DNA of 64,000 nt from Bacteroidia bacterium (GCA_044357345.1 JBIKPR010000001.1:30155-94154); one strand, 5' to 3'; counted from the stretch's first letter, positions 40,696-50,765 are shown. The notes: generated by a model not told the origin, from the letters alone. Numbers and translations: made by a program.

Positions 40696-41973
40696 CTAGT
40701 TTTTCTCTTCATAGAGTATTTCTTTATCAACTACTTTCACCGCAATTCCATCTTTAATTTTTAAATTAATTGCTTCGTATGGCGCTGTAATTACCATCAC
40801 ACCAGGCTTAATTCCTTCGATTATTTTGATATACTTGGTGTCTTGAATACCAGTTTTAATTGCCTTCTGAACTGCTTTACCATTTTCGACAATAAAAACC
40901 ACTTCTTCTTTTTCTTCTGGTTTGTCTTTCTTTTCTTTCATCGTAATGGATGAAACCGGCACAGCCAAAATACTTACCTCTTGCTTCGTGTATACATGCA
41001 CTGTTGAGCTCATGCCTGGTCTAAATGGCATTTTACCATTGTTCTCATTCATCATCGCTTCATATGATGAACGTAAAATTAAAATCTTCACCTCATATTT
41101 GGTCACTTGATCAGTACTCATTGCCGTTGAGCTTTTGGCGCTATTGGCAACCTGGGTTACAATACCTCTAAACGTTTTACCTAAGTATGCATCTACTTCT
41201 ATTCCTGCAGAATCTCCAACATCAATGCGCACGATGTCATTCTCATTCACATCAACTCTAACTTCCATTCGACTCAAATCTGAGATGCGCATCATTTCGG
41301 TACCCGCCATTTGAGCCGTTCCAACAACACGCTCTCCTTTCTTAGACACCAAGCCAGTAATAACTCCATCAGTTGGCGCTACAACACTTGTGCGGTTGTA
41401 AGTCTTTCCTGCCTGATTAACACTTGCCTCTACAGATTCAGTATTGTATTGTGAAGCTAAGGTCTGCTTTTCAGCAGCTTGAAGTTCTGCCCTTGACATT
41501 TCATATTGAGCCTCTGCTGTATTGTACTCTTGTTGACTGATTACTTTTTCGTTAAACAACTTCTTTTGCATTTCGAAGTTCTTTCTTTGCAATTCTACAT
41601 TTGCTTTGGTTCGTGTTAATTGAGCTTGAATATTGGCAGACGATGCTTTTGCGTTGTTTAAACCTGCTTTTGCTTGCTCCAATTGGGTTTGATAAATATC
41701 AGGGTTGATTCTCACCAACAACTGCCCGCGTTTTACAGTATCGCCTTCTCTCACATACAAATCAATAATTTCACCCGATACATCTGGACTTATCTTTACT
41801 TCATTTTCTGGATAAATTGTACCGCTGGCAGTTACCTCTTCGGTTATACTTCGCAACTCTGCTTTCTCTGTAGCTACTTTAATTCCCTTGTTGTCTTTTT
41901 TTGTAAAAACCGCCACAAGAATTAATAAAACTGCGACTGAAGACAGGATGATGATGATTTTTTTTGTTGACAT
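40696..41973 (-). CDS. efflux transporter periplasmic adaptor (HlyD/MFP family)
   Basis: N-terminal TM anchor, biotinyl-lipoyl-like hairpin (ISPDVSGEIIDLYVREGDTVKRGQLL), a long coiled coil (QTQLEQAKAGLNNAKAS ...) and a beta-barrel C-terminus. Confidence 0.8.
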   Translation of the reverse strand: MSTKKIIIILSSVAVLLILVAVFTKKDNKGIKVATEKAELRSITEEVTASGTIYPENEVKISPDVSGEIIDLYVREGDTVKRGQLLVRINPDIYQTQLEQAKAGLNNAKASSANIQAQLTRTKANVELQRKNFEMQKKLFNEKVISQQEYNTAEAQYEMSRAELQAAEKQTLASQYNTESVEASVNQAGKTYNRTSVVAPTDGVITGLVSKKGERVVGTAQMAGTEMMRISDLSRMEVRVDVNENDIVRIDVGDSAGIEVDAYLGKTFRGIVTQVANSAKSSTAMSTDQVTKYEVKILILRSSYEAMMNENNGKMPFRPGMSSTVHVYTKQEVSILAVPVSSITMKEKKDKPEEKEEVVFIVENGKAVQKAIKTGIQDTKYIKIIEGIKPGVMVITAPYEAINLKIKDGIAVKVVDKEILYEEKN

Positions 41974-41981
41974 TTAAGCGC

Positions 41982-43397
41982 TTATAAATTGATTGGGTTG
42001 CCTTTGTAAAATTCTAAAATTAAACCACGAAAAACCAGTTCATATCTGGATTGAATTTCATTGGATTGTGATTGCAATAAATTATTTTTTGATTGAATAA
42101 AATCGTATGAATTTGTTACACCAGCATCGAATCGCTTTTGAATGTAATCAAAACTCATCTTTTGTGCTTCTACATTGTTTATTGCTGCATCATACTTTGC
42201 TTTCGCAGCATTGTAACTGTTCATTGCTGAATTAATTTCATTCAGTAAAGTATTTTTAACTTTCAACAAATTTAAATCGCTCAAAGCTTCATTAATTTTT
42301 GATTTCTGAATCTGATTTTGAACTTGAAAAGCATTGAAAATATTCCAACTCAAACTAATGCCCGCACCTTGTCCTAAGTTATCACTAATCTGTTTGCTGA
42401 AAGCTTTTGTGCTTATTTGATAAGAAAATGTTGGCTGAACAACCGCTTCGTTATTGGTTTGGGTGTAACCGATTATTTGACTTCCGACAATTGTTGGATT
42501 GCTGTAAATCTGAGCACTCTGAGAATACACTGTACTCAAAGAGCCAAACAAAGATATTGTTGGAAACATGCTCCCTTGTGCGGTGCGGGTTTGGTATTTG
42601 GCCGCCTCATTTTGTAGTATTGCAGACTTAATTTGTGGCATATTTTCTAATGCAATTTGATACAATTCATTTACTGAAAATGAATTAGAAATAATGTCCA
42701 TTGAGACAACTGGCATACTCAAATTTAATTCTTGATCATTGCCCATTTGCAGCAATGTTTTTAAATTCAACAACGATGCATTCTTAGCATTTATAGCTGT
42801 AACAACATTGTATTGTTCATTTGCCAATTGTGCCTTTAGAGTTAAAAGATTACTTAAATCTGCAGTCCCTGCATCAACCATCTTCTGAGCTTTAATGACC
42901 CGCTGTTTGCTTGTTTCAACCTGAAAATTCAAATTCTTGATATTTTCCTCAGATTGAATAGCCTGCAAAAAACCATTGGCAACACTTAATGCAATTTGAT
43001 TTTTAATGGTATAAATATTTTCTTGGGCTGCCTTTTGAGTCGCACTTGCTCGCTTTATATTGTTTTGTGTTTGAAATCCTCCAAATAGAAGCAAACTGGC
43101 ATTCAAACTGAAATTGTTTGAGCGTATGGTTTGATTGCTAAATTGATTGGTAAATCTATCTATGCTTCTACCAAATTGATAATTTTGTCCTGCACTTGCA
43201 GATAAACTTGGTAAAATACTTGACTTACTTTGCTTCAGGTCGATGTTAGAAGATTCACTGTTTAAAATGTATTGACGCACATCCAAGTTATTCATCCAAG
43301 CATACTCTATGCATTGCTTTAAACTAAATGTATTGACTTGTCCAAAAATCTGAGAACAAACAATCAAAAAGCTGGGTAATATAAATTTACGAATCAT
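41982..43397 (-). CDS. tolC: TolC-family outer-membrane efflux channel
   Basis: Signal peptide (start moved to ATG 43397, MIRKFILPSF). There are two repeats of the TolC-type helix/strand pattern with QxxxxA/N coiled-coil periodicity. It lies 9 nt upstream of the adaptor gene. Confidence 0.8.
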   Translation of the reverse strand: MIRKFILPSFLIVCSQIFGQVNTFSLKQCIEYAWMNNLDVRQYILNSESSNIDLKQSKSSILPSLSASAGQNYQFGRSIDRFTNQFSNQTIRSNNFSLNASLLLFGGFQTQNNIKRASATQKAAQENIYTIKNQIALSVANGFLQAIQSEENIKNLNFQVETSKQRVIKAQKMVDAGTADLSNLLTLKAQLANEQYNVVTAINAKNASLLNLKTLLQMGNDQELNLSMPVVSMDIISNSFSVNELYQIALENMPQIKSAILQNEAAKYQTRTAQGSMFPTISLFGSLSTVYSQSAQIYSNPTIVGSQIIGYTQTNNEAVVQPTFSYQISTKAFSKQISDNLGQGAGISLSWNIFNAFQVQNQIQKSKINEALSDLNLLKVKNTLLNEINSAMNSYNAAKAKYDAAINNVEAQKMSFDYIQKRFDAGVTNSYDFIQSKNNLLQSQSNEIQSRYELVFRGLILEFYKGNPINL

Positions 43398-43524
43398 ACA
43401 GTTCAAGAATATGGGTCAAATTTAGACCAATAAGTCACACGACTTGCATTACTTCGATAAAATTCGGTGTGAAACGATAAAAACTCTTGAAATAATTGTT
43501 GATTCAAGTGTAATAAGATGGTTT

Positions 43525-44988
43525 TTAATTTTTTATCAATCCTGAAACAATCTTTGCACTCAGCAAACACAAAGGTATACCGCCACCAGGATGAACACTG
43601 CCTCCGCAAAAATACAGCCCATCTATTGAGCTACTAAAATTGGCATGTCTAAAAAAAGCCGACATCATGTGGTTGCTGCTGCTGCCATATAAAGCACCTC
43701 TATATGACGATGTCTTACTTTCTATACTGCGTGGATCTAATATCGATTCATTTGCAATAAAAGCATTCAAATCAACCTTTAATAAGCGTGATAGTTTTGA
43801 AATGGTGTTTTTTCGAGTTTCGGCAATAATATCATCCCAGTCTTGGCCTTCGTTTGCTGGTACATTTACCATTACAAACCAATTTTCGCATCCCTCAGGC
43901 GCATCGTCTATCTTATATTTCGAGCTAATATTAACATAAATTGTCGGATCATCTCCAACGGTTTTATCTTGAAATATTTTAGAAAATTCCAATTCATAGT
44001 TTTCGGTAAAGAAAATGTTGTGCAAGTCCAATTCAGGAAATTCTCTAGAAATACCCCAATAAAAAATCAGCGCACTGCTGCTCGATTCTAAATTTTTAAC
44101 CCTTATTGGTGTCTCTACTTTGGGCAATAAATATTTATAAGTTGGGCTAATGTCCATATTGCTAATAAGCACATCTGTGGATATTTCAATTCCATTAATC
44201 TTAACTCCAGATACTTTATTTTTCTTTAACAATATCTCTTCAACTTTTTGATTGTATATAAATTTCACACCTTGACGTTCCGCCAAAGACACCAAACTAT
44301 TGGTAATATCCACCATTCCTTTTTTTGGAAAAAAAGTTCCATAACCAAATTCTAAATGTGGAATAATATTCAAAGTAGACGGTGCCTTAAATGGGTTGCT
44401 GCCATTATACGTTGCAAAGCGGTTAAAAAACTGAATTGTTTTCGAATTATTAAACGTTTTAGAATTAACTTGGTTCATGGTCTTGAACATTCTTAAACGC
44501 CATAAATTCAGTATACCCTTAATCCCATTTCTGTTTAGATAAGTACCCAGTTTATGCAAAGAATTCTCTAAAAAAACAGGCTTTGTTATGTCATACATTT
44601 TGGCACTGTTTTTCAAAAATCTTAAAACCGTCTTTTTATCTTCCCCTAATTGCGAGTTCAATAGTTCTGCAAAATCATTGGTGTTTGTAGGGCAGATAAA
44701 ACGTGTTCCATCTTCATAAAAGTAATGACAACCTTCATCAAGTTTGATGTAATTAAAATAATCGTGTGGATTTTCACCGCACAACTCAAACAATTCATCT
44801 ACAAACATAGGCATGGTGAATAAAGAAGGGCCTGCATCAAAACGGTAAGCCCCTTGCTTAAACTCGCTCAATTTGCCACCTGGATAGCTATTGGCTTCAT
44901 ATACAGTAACATCGTAACCCATTTTACTCAACCTAATTGAGCTAGCTATCCCAGCTATTCCAGAACCTATTACAATACAAGTGCGCAT
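43525..44988 (-). CDS. phytoene-desaturase-family FAD oxidoreductase (CrtI/CrtD-like)
   Basis: N-terminal dinucleotide-binding motif CIVIGSGIAGIASSIRLSKMGYDVTVYEANSYPGGK and the C-terminal GxxxHPGGG region typical of CrtI-family desaturases. Confidence 0.75.
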   Translation of the reverse strand: MRTCIVIGSGIAGIASSIRLSKMGYDVTVYEANSYPGGKLSEFKQGAYRFDAGPSLFTMPMFVDELFELCGENPHDYFNYIKLDEGCHYFYEDGTRFICPTNTNDFAELLNSQLGEDKKTVLRFLKNSAKMYDITKPVFLENSLHKLGTYLNRNGIKGILNLWRLRMFKTMNQVNSKTFNNSKTIQFFNRFATYNGSNPFKAPSTLNIIPHLEFGYGTFFPKKGMVDITNSLVSLAERQGVKFIYNQKVEEILLKKNKVSGVKINGIEISTDVLISNMDISPTYKYLLPKVETPIRVKNLESSSSALIFYWGISREFPELDLHNIFFTENYELEFSKIFQDKTVGDDPTIYVNISSKYKIDDAPEGCENWFVMVNVPANEGQDWDDIIAETRKNTISKLSRLLKVDLNAFIANESILDPRSIESKTSSYRGALYGSSSNHMMSAFFRHANFSSSIDGLYFCGGSVHPGGGIPLCLLSAKIVSGLIKN

Positions 44989-45115
44989 AATTTTAAAGCA
45001 AATAAAACTATAATTTGTTTTACTCTATGCACTAATTTATAAAAAGAAAATATGACTTTAAAAATGACCCCATTGAGTTTCTTCATTTAAACTTTATAAA
45101 TTACATTTGCAAAAC

Positions 45116-47185
45116 ATGCAGCTACTATTATCCAGCCCTTGGTGGTTTATTCCCATTTGTCTATTGGCAGGGTTTGGATATGCCTATTTGCTTTATAAAC
45201 CTCAATTCAAAGAAATGCCATACAAAGTCATGGCGGCTCTTCGTTTTTTGAGTGTTAGCCTTTTGTGTTTTTTCTTACTAGGTCCTGTGCTTGTACAATG
45301 GTTAAATGAAGTTCAAAAACCAAAGATATTAATGGTGCTTGATCAGTCAGAATCAATAATAGCCAATAAATATGCGAATTTTTACAAAAGTGATTTTTTG
45401 AATAAGTGGACTCAAGCGAAAGAACTATTAGGCGATGAATATGAAGTTGAGTACTTGAGTTTGGGGAGCAAAATAAAAATCTCAGATTCTACAAGATTTA
45501 ATCAAAAGAAAACCAACATAAGTCAGCTCTTTGATTATGTCAACAACACTTATGCTAGGGAAAATATTGGTGCTGTTATACTAGCCTCAGATGGAATCTA
45601 TAACCGGGGTAATAATCCAATTTATAAATCTCTTAATAAAAATACAATTCTATACACCATTGGTATGGGAGATACCATATTAAAAAAGGATTTATTAATC
45701 AAAGAAGCAAACCACAATGCCATTGCATATTTGAACAATCAATTTCCAATCGAAATTTCAATTTCAGCAAATGATTGTATCAATAGCTCATCAAACTTAA
45801 GTTTGACATGTGAAGGAAAAATACTTTATAATTCCACAATTAATATCAATCAAAAAGATTTTTTCAAAACAATAAACATTGATCTTCTTGCTGACAAGCC
45901 AGGCACCATGCACATTGTAGCTAATTTAAGTCCTATTGCTGCTGAATTTTCGAATGCTAACAACCGCAAGGATATTTTTGTTGAGGTTATTGATGGTCGT
46001 GAAAAAATACTCCTGGCTTATCAAACCACACATCCAGATATTGGCGCCATTAAAGAATCGATTCAAACAAATCAGAATTATGAAGTGAATGCTCTTTCTC
46101 TGAATGAAATCAAATTGTCTGATTTAAATCTATACAGTGCCGTAATATTATACCAACTGCCTGGTAAAAACAGCAATTCCAGGGACTTGATCAGTTCAAT
46201 TAAAAAAATACAAATTCCTGTTTGGTGTATTGTTGGAAATCAAACGGCCATAGAACAACTAAGTCTTATAAACAACACCGCAAAAATCGATAAAAACCAA
46301 GGCAGGATGAATGAAAGTCAAGCCATTTTTAACTCAGATTTTACTGCTTTTACCCTTGATCCTAATACCATCTCAAGCCTATCTGACTTGCCTCCCTTGA
46401 GTGCACCTTATGGTTTTTACAATGCAAGTATCGGTACTGAATCATTGCTCTATCAAAAAATCGGACAGGTCAACACACAAACACCCTTGTGGACCTTCAG
46501 CAATCAGAATGGTGAGAAGACTGCCTATTTGTTTGGTGAGGGATTTTGGCGTTGGAAATTATTCGACTTTGTAAAAAACGAATCCCATATAGCCAGTAAT
46601 GAACTGGTAAGCAAAACCATACAGTACTTAACCGTAAAAGAAGACAAACGGAAATTTAGAGTTTACCCTCTGAAGAATGTTTATGAAGAAGACGAAGCGG
46701 TGAAGTTCCTTGCTGAATTATACAATTCAAGCTACGAACCAGTTAATACAGCGAACGTTTTATTGAGTCTTACCGATGCCAACAATAAAACATACAATTA
46801 TAACTTTAGTCCTATTGGCAAAACCTACCAACTAGACTTAGGATTTTTAAATCCTGGAATTTATACATTTAAAGCAAAAGCAAATGAAATAAATGAAACC
46901 ATTAATGGCAAATTGCTTGTCAAACCTTTGCAAATTGAATTGGTAAATACCAAAGCTGATTTTGGATTGCTCAGAGAAATTGCAGGAAATAATTCCGGCC
47001 AATTTTATCCAGCCGAAAAACTAGAATCATGCATAGAAAATTTAAAGAAAAACACCAATATCACCTCGGTTTCATACAATGAGAAAAGACCGGATGAATT
47101 GATTAACATAAAATGGATTTTCTTTTTCCTACTGTTTATAATTTCAGCGGAGTGGTTCATAAGAAAGTATGAAGGCGCCAACTAA
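45116..47185 (+). CDS. BatA_N-type double-TM-anchored membrane protein with large extracytoplasmic domain and C-terminal TM helix
   Basis: The N-terminus has two hydrophobic helices (WWFIPICLLAGFGYAYLLY ... FLSVSLLCFFLLGPVL) as in the aerotolerance BatA N-terminal domain, and one C-terminal helix (IKWIFFFLLFIISAEWFI). Start at ATG 45116. Confidence 0.5.
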   Translation: MQLLLSSPWWFIPICLLAGFGYAYLLYKPQFKEMPYKVMAALRFLSVSLLCFFLLGPVLVQWLNEVQKPKILMVLDQSESIIANKYANFYKSDFLNKWTQAKELLGDEYEVEYLSLGSKIKISDSTRFNQKKTNISQLFDYVNNTYARENIGAVILASDGIYNRGNNPIYKSLNKNTILYTIGMGDTILKKDLLIKEANHNAIAYLNNQFPIEISISANDCINSSSNLSLTCEGKILYNSTININQKDFFKTINIDLLADKPGTMHIVANLSPIAAEFSNANNRKDIFVEVIDGREKILLAYQTTHPDIGAIKESIQTNQNYEVNALSLNEIKLSDLNLYSAVILYQLPGKNSNSRDLISSIKKIQIPVWCIVGNQTAIEQLSLINNTAKIDKNQGRMNESQAIFNSDFTAFTLDPNTISSLSDLPPLSAPYGFYNASIGTESLLYQKIGQVNTQTPLWTFSNQNGEKTAYLFGEGFWRWKLFDFVKNESHIASNELVSKTIQYLTVKEDKRKFRVYPLKNVYEEDEAVKFLAELYNSSYEPVNTANVLLSLTDANNKTYNYNFSPIGKTYQLDLGFLNPGIYTFKAKANEINETINGKLLVKPLQIELVNTKADFGLLREIAGNNSGQFYPAEKLESCIENLKKNTNITSVSYNEKRPDELINIKWIFFFLLFIISAEWFIRKYEGAN

Positions 47186-48162
47186 TGCGAATAATTCTCA
47201 AAAATAATCCTGTTTTATGTAACTATTATGTTACTTACCGCTGCAATGCAAAATGCAGTTTTTGTGATATTTGGAAAAAACCATCACCGTACGTTAATGC
47301 GGACAATGTAAAACAAAACCTTAAAGACTTAAAAAGACTCGGTGTTCAGGTTATCGATTTTACAGGTGGAGAACCCCTATTACATAGAGAATTGCCGCAA
47401 TTTTTAGATTATGCTAAAGAATTAGGATTTATAACAACGGTAACGACCAACGCGCTGTTATATCCCAAAATGGCTGAGAGGCTTAAAGGAAAGATTGATA
47501 TGCTTCATTTTTCTTTAGATTCTCCAATTGAATCAGAGCACAATGAAAGTAGAGGGGTTGCTTTGTTCAAACAATTTACTGAGTCGATTGAAATCGCTAA
47601 AAAACTTGGGGAAAGACCAGATATCCTGTTTACGGTTTTTAGCCACAACATCCATCAAATTGAGGAGGTATATCAAACATTTTGTCTTCCAAATAATTTC
47701 ATGTTGATCTTAAATCCAGTTTTTGAATACAATGAAGTTGGTTCAAGTTTAGACAATGAATCTTTATTAATCCTTGAAAAATGGGGCAAAAGAAAATTGG
47801 TGTATTTAAACCAAGGGTTTATTGAACTGAGAAAAGATGGGGGCAACCATATTGACAAACCAATTTGTCGAGCAGGCAGCAGCAGCATTGTTATTTCTCC
47901 AGAAAATGAGTTGGTATTGCCTTGTTACCACCTTGGCCTTGAAAATATTCCAATTAACAATCTGTTGTATTCAATTTGGAACAAGAATACAGTTCAAGAA
48001 TCTATTAAACTCGAAGGCAAACATGCTTCTTGCGAGGGATGCACAATTAATTGCTACATGCAAACTTCTTTTGCAACTGAAATAAGCAAATATTGGCTTC
48101 TAGCCTTACCCTCTACTTTAAAGTATAACTTGGAAAAGGGTACTTGGAAAAATTTAGTCTAG
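47185..48162 (+). CDS. radical SAM enzyme with C-terminal SPASM/twitch-like cysteine cluster
   Basis: CNAKCSFC (Cx3Cx2C) is at residues 20-27. GGEPLL glycine-rich SAM motif. The C-terminus carries a CEGCTINC cysteine cluster. The start overlaps the upstream stop (TAATG). Confidence 0.8.
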   Translation: MRIILKNNPVLCNYYVTYRCNAKCSFCDIWKKPSPYVNADNVKQNLKDLKRLGVQVIDFTGGEPLLHRELPQFLDYAKELGFITTVTTNALLYPKMAERLKGKIDMLHFSLDSPIESEHNESRGVALFKQFTESIEIAKKLGERPDILFTVFSHNIHQIEEVYQTFCLPNNFMLILNPVFEYNEVGSSLDNESLLILEKWGKRKLVYLNQGFIELRKDGGNHIDKPICRAGSSSIVISPENELVLPCYHLGLENIPINNLLYSIWNKNTVQESIKLEGKHASCEGCTINCYMQTSFATEISKYWLLALPSTLKYNLEKGTWKNLV

Positions 48163-48696
48163 CTATATAAATTTAGGATCAGTTTCCATTACATGGCCAC
48201 ATGCTTTGCAAGTGCGCAATTCTTCATTTCCATAATACTCTCTGAATCTTGGAAGGAAATCATTTTCGATGTCCTTTAATTCAAAATAGGTTGAATGCAA
48301 AGGGTTGTTGCATTTTTCACAAAACCACAACAATCCATCGGTAAAGCCTTTTCCAGCACGAACCCGTTCAACAACCAAACCCAATGAACCTTCTGACCTT
48401 GTAGGTGAATGTGGGATTTTTCCTGAGAGCATAAACATATCTCCAGCTTTCAGAGGAACATCAACCGGCTTGCCATCTACCTGAATTCTAACATTAATTT
48501 CACCCTCTAATTGATAAAAAAACTCTTCCGTTTCGTTGTAGTGGTAATCTTTCCTTGCATTGGGTCCAGCAACAACCATAACAATAAAATCACCAGCACC
48601 AATCGTGAGATTCTTATTGCCTACCGGTGGCTTTAATAAATGACGGTTCTCTTCTATCCATTGATTAAAATTAAAAGGGGTGTTAATATTTGGCAT
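48163..48696 (-). CDS. 3-hydroxyanthranilate 3,4-dioxygenase
   Basis: Cupin His/Glu iron ligands (DYHYNETEEFFYQLEG ... IPH) and a C-terminal rubredoxin-like CxxC ... CxxC zinc site (CEKC ... CKAC), as in bacterial HAAO (NbaC). Confidence 0.85.
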   Translation of the reverse strand: MPNINTPFNFNQWIEENRHLLKPPVGNKNLTIGAGDFIVMVVAGPNARKDYHYNETEEFFYQLEGEINVRIQVDGKPVDVPLKAGDMFMLSGKIPHSPTRSEGSLGLVVERVRAGKGFTDGLLWFCEKCNNPLHSTYFELKDIENDFLPRFREYYGNEELRTCKACGHVMETDPKFI

Positions 48697-48899
48697 GTTT
48701 CAAAAGTATGAAAAAAAATATTAATGCGCCTAAAAATGATAAAATGATGTTGGTCATTACAAGAGCTGTTTAATTTTCAATCGATTAGTTTGATTTAGAC
48801 AGCCCAAAACTAAAATATTTTTCCAAAGATTTCATTTTTTTATCCCCGTTTGGTATTTTTGATTACATGAAGTTGATATAAAAGTCTCATATTCGCAGA

Positions 48900-49778
48900 A
48901 TGAATGAGCAAAACATGGATGTACCTTTAATTAATGTAAGACAAGTATTTCAGGAAAAAAACCCTAAGCTTGCCAAATTAATTCCAGGATTTCTATATAA
49001 ATTTATCGAAAAAGTCATACATCAAGATGACTTAAACCGCATGCTTACAGCAGCAAAGGGTAAACAAGGTGTTGAATTTGCAAGATCTTGCTTTGATGAA
49101 ATTGGGGTGACTATCACGTCCAAAAACATCCACAATGTGCCAACCACAGGCCGTTTAATTTTGGCCGCAAACCATCCATTGGGTGGCTTAGATGGAATGG
49201 GGTACATCAGTGAAGCACATAAAATCAGACCAGATGTTCGCTTTTTGGTGAACGATATTTTGATGAATGTGAAGCCACTTCAAGGAATATTTCTTGGGGT
49301 TAACAAACATGGAAGTAATGCTAAGCCATCCTTGCTGGCCGTTGAGCGTCAATTTGCTTCTGATGGTGCTACCCTAATTTTCCCTGCTGGTATGGTTTCT
49401 AGAAAGCAAGCCAATGGACAGATTATGGATTTAACCTGGCACAAAAGTTATATCACTAAATCGGTAAAATACAGAACCGATATTGTTCCAACTTTTGTAG
49501 AAGCAGAAAACAGCAAACGCTTTTACAGAGTAGCACAATGGAGAAAGAAATTAGGCATTAAACTAAACATAGAAATGTTGCTTTTACCGTCTGAAATGTT
49601 CAAACAAAAAGGTAAAACAATTACCATCCACTTTGGAAAACCAATTCCAGCTTACTTAATTAGGCATATTGGTGAACACCATAAAATTGCCAATGCCATG
49701 AAACATTTTGTTTATACGCTAAAAGACAATCCGGAAGGTGACTTTGAAGAATTTTACCACAAATTCAAACAAAAATAA
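48900..49778 (+). CDS. lysophospholipid-type acyltransferase (PlsC-like), candidate GlsA/OlsA-like O-acyltransferase
   Basis: 292-aa product with an acyltransferase-like H/D block (LILAANHPLGGLDG) and a FPAGMVSR block (resembling motif III FPEGTR). It is co-directional with, and 33 nt upstream of, the GNAT-like gene. Confidence 0.5.
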   Translation: MNEQNMDVPLINVRQVFQEKNPKLAKLIPGFLYKFIEKVIHQDDLNRMLTAAKGKQGVEFARSCFDEIGVTITSKNIHNVPTTGRLILAANHPLGGLDGMGYISEAHKIRPDVRFLVNDILMNVKPLQGIFLGVNKHGSNAKPSLLAVERQFASDGATLIFPAGMVSRKQANGQIMDLTWHKSYITKSVKYRTDIVPTFVEAENSKRFYRVAQWRKKLGIKLNIEMLLLPSEMFKQKGKTITIHFGKPIPAYLIRHIGEHHKIANAMKHFVYTLKDNPEGDFEEFYHKFKQK

Positions 49779-49811
49779 TTTTTTTAAATATTTCACGTAT
49801 AAAATCGACAA

Positions 49812-50765
49812 ATGCAGGAGATCATCGAACCAATTGACAGACACTTATTAGAAGCCGAGTTAAACGAGGATGTCTTTGTAAGGCCAACCAATAACAGTGG
49901 CAATAAACTTTATATTGTAGACTGCCACAGCGCACCAAATGTATTAAAAGAAATAGGTCGTCTTAGAGAATTGTCTTTCAGATTGGCAGGTGGTGGAACT
50001 GGCAAGGATTGTGACTTAGATGAATTTGATTTTGGGCCTACAGCCTACAAACAATTAATTGTTTGGCAACCCGAAGACAAAGAAATCATAGGCGGTTATA
50101 GATTTATATTGACCAACAATGCCCGACAAGCCGATGGCTCATACCATCTTGCAACCACGGAAATATATGAATTCAGTGAGCGCATGAAGAATTTCTATTT
50201 TTTAAAAACAATAGAATTGGGTCGTTCATTTGTACAACCAAAATACCAACCCAGTGCAGAAAACAGAAAAGGTTTATTTAGCTTAGACAACCTATGGGAT
50301 GGTTTAGGTGCTTTAATCATCAATTACCCTGAGGTTGATTACTTCTTTGGCAAGGTAACTATGTACACGCATTTTAACAGCGAAGCAAGAGATTTAATCC
50401 TAAGCTTCCTGCACCACTATTTCCCTGACAATGAAAAATTGATCAGCGTTGAAAATCCGGTAACCATAACACATGACACCTCAGAGTTTCTTAATGCACT
50501 TAAAGCATTAGAATATAAAGAGGGACATCATTTACTAAATGCACGTGTGCGTGAACTTGGCGAAAACATTCCTCCACTTTTTAATTCATATATGAACACT
50601 TCGCCTACCATGAAGACTTTCCCAACCTGCATCAACAGCCACTTTGGCGATGTGGAAGAAACAGGCATTATGGTAACAATAAAAGATATATACGAATCTA
50701 AAAAAGATAGACATGTAAGTTCATTTCTGAAATATTTAGAAAGCAAAGAGCATACAAACAACTAA
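49812..50765 (+). CDS. GNAT-fold N-acyltransferase of the OlsB/GlsB (hemolysin-like) family
   Basis: 317 aa. The central YRFILTNN ... LKTIELGRSFVQPKYQ matches the lyso-ornithine/glycine-lipid N-acyltransferase family core. Family assignment from memory. Confidence 0.5.
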   Translation: MQEIIEPIDRHLLEAELNEDVFVRPTNNSGNKLYIVDCHSAPNVLKEIGRLRELSFRLAGGGTGKDCDLDEFDFGPTAYKQLIVWQPEDKEIIGGYRFILTNNARQADGSYHLATTEIYEFSERMKNFYFLKTIELGRSFVQPKYQPSAENRKGLFSLDNLWDGLGALIINYPEVDYFFGKVTMYTHFNSEARDLILSFLHHYFPDNEKLISVENPVTITHDTSEFLNALKALEYKEGHHLLNARVRELGENIPPLFNSYMNTSPTMKTFPTCINSHFGDVEETGIMVTIKDIYESKKDRHVSSFLKYLESKEHTNN

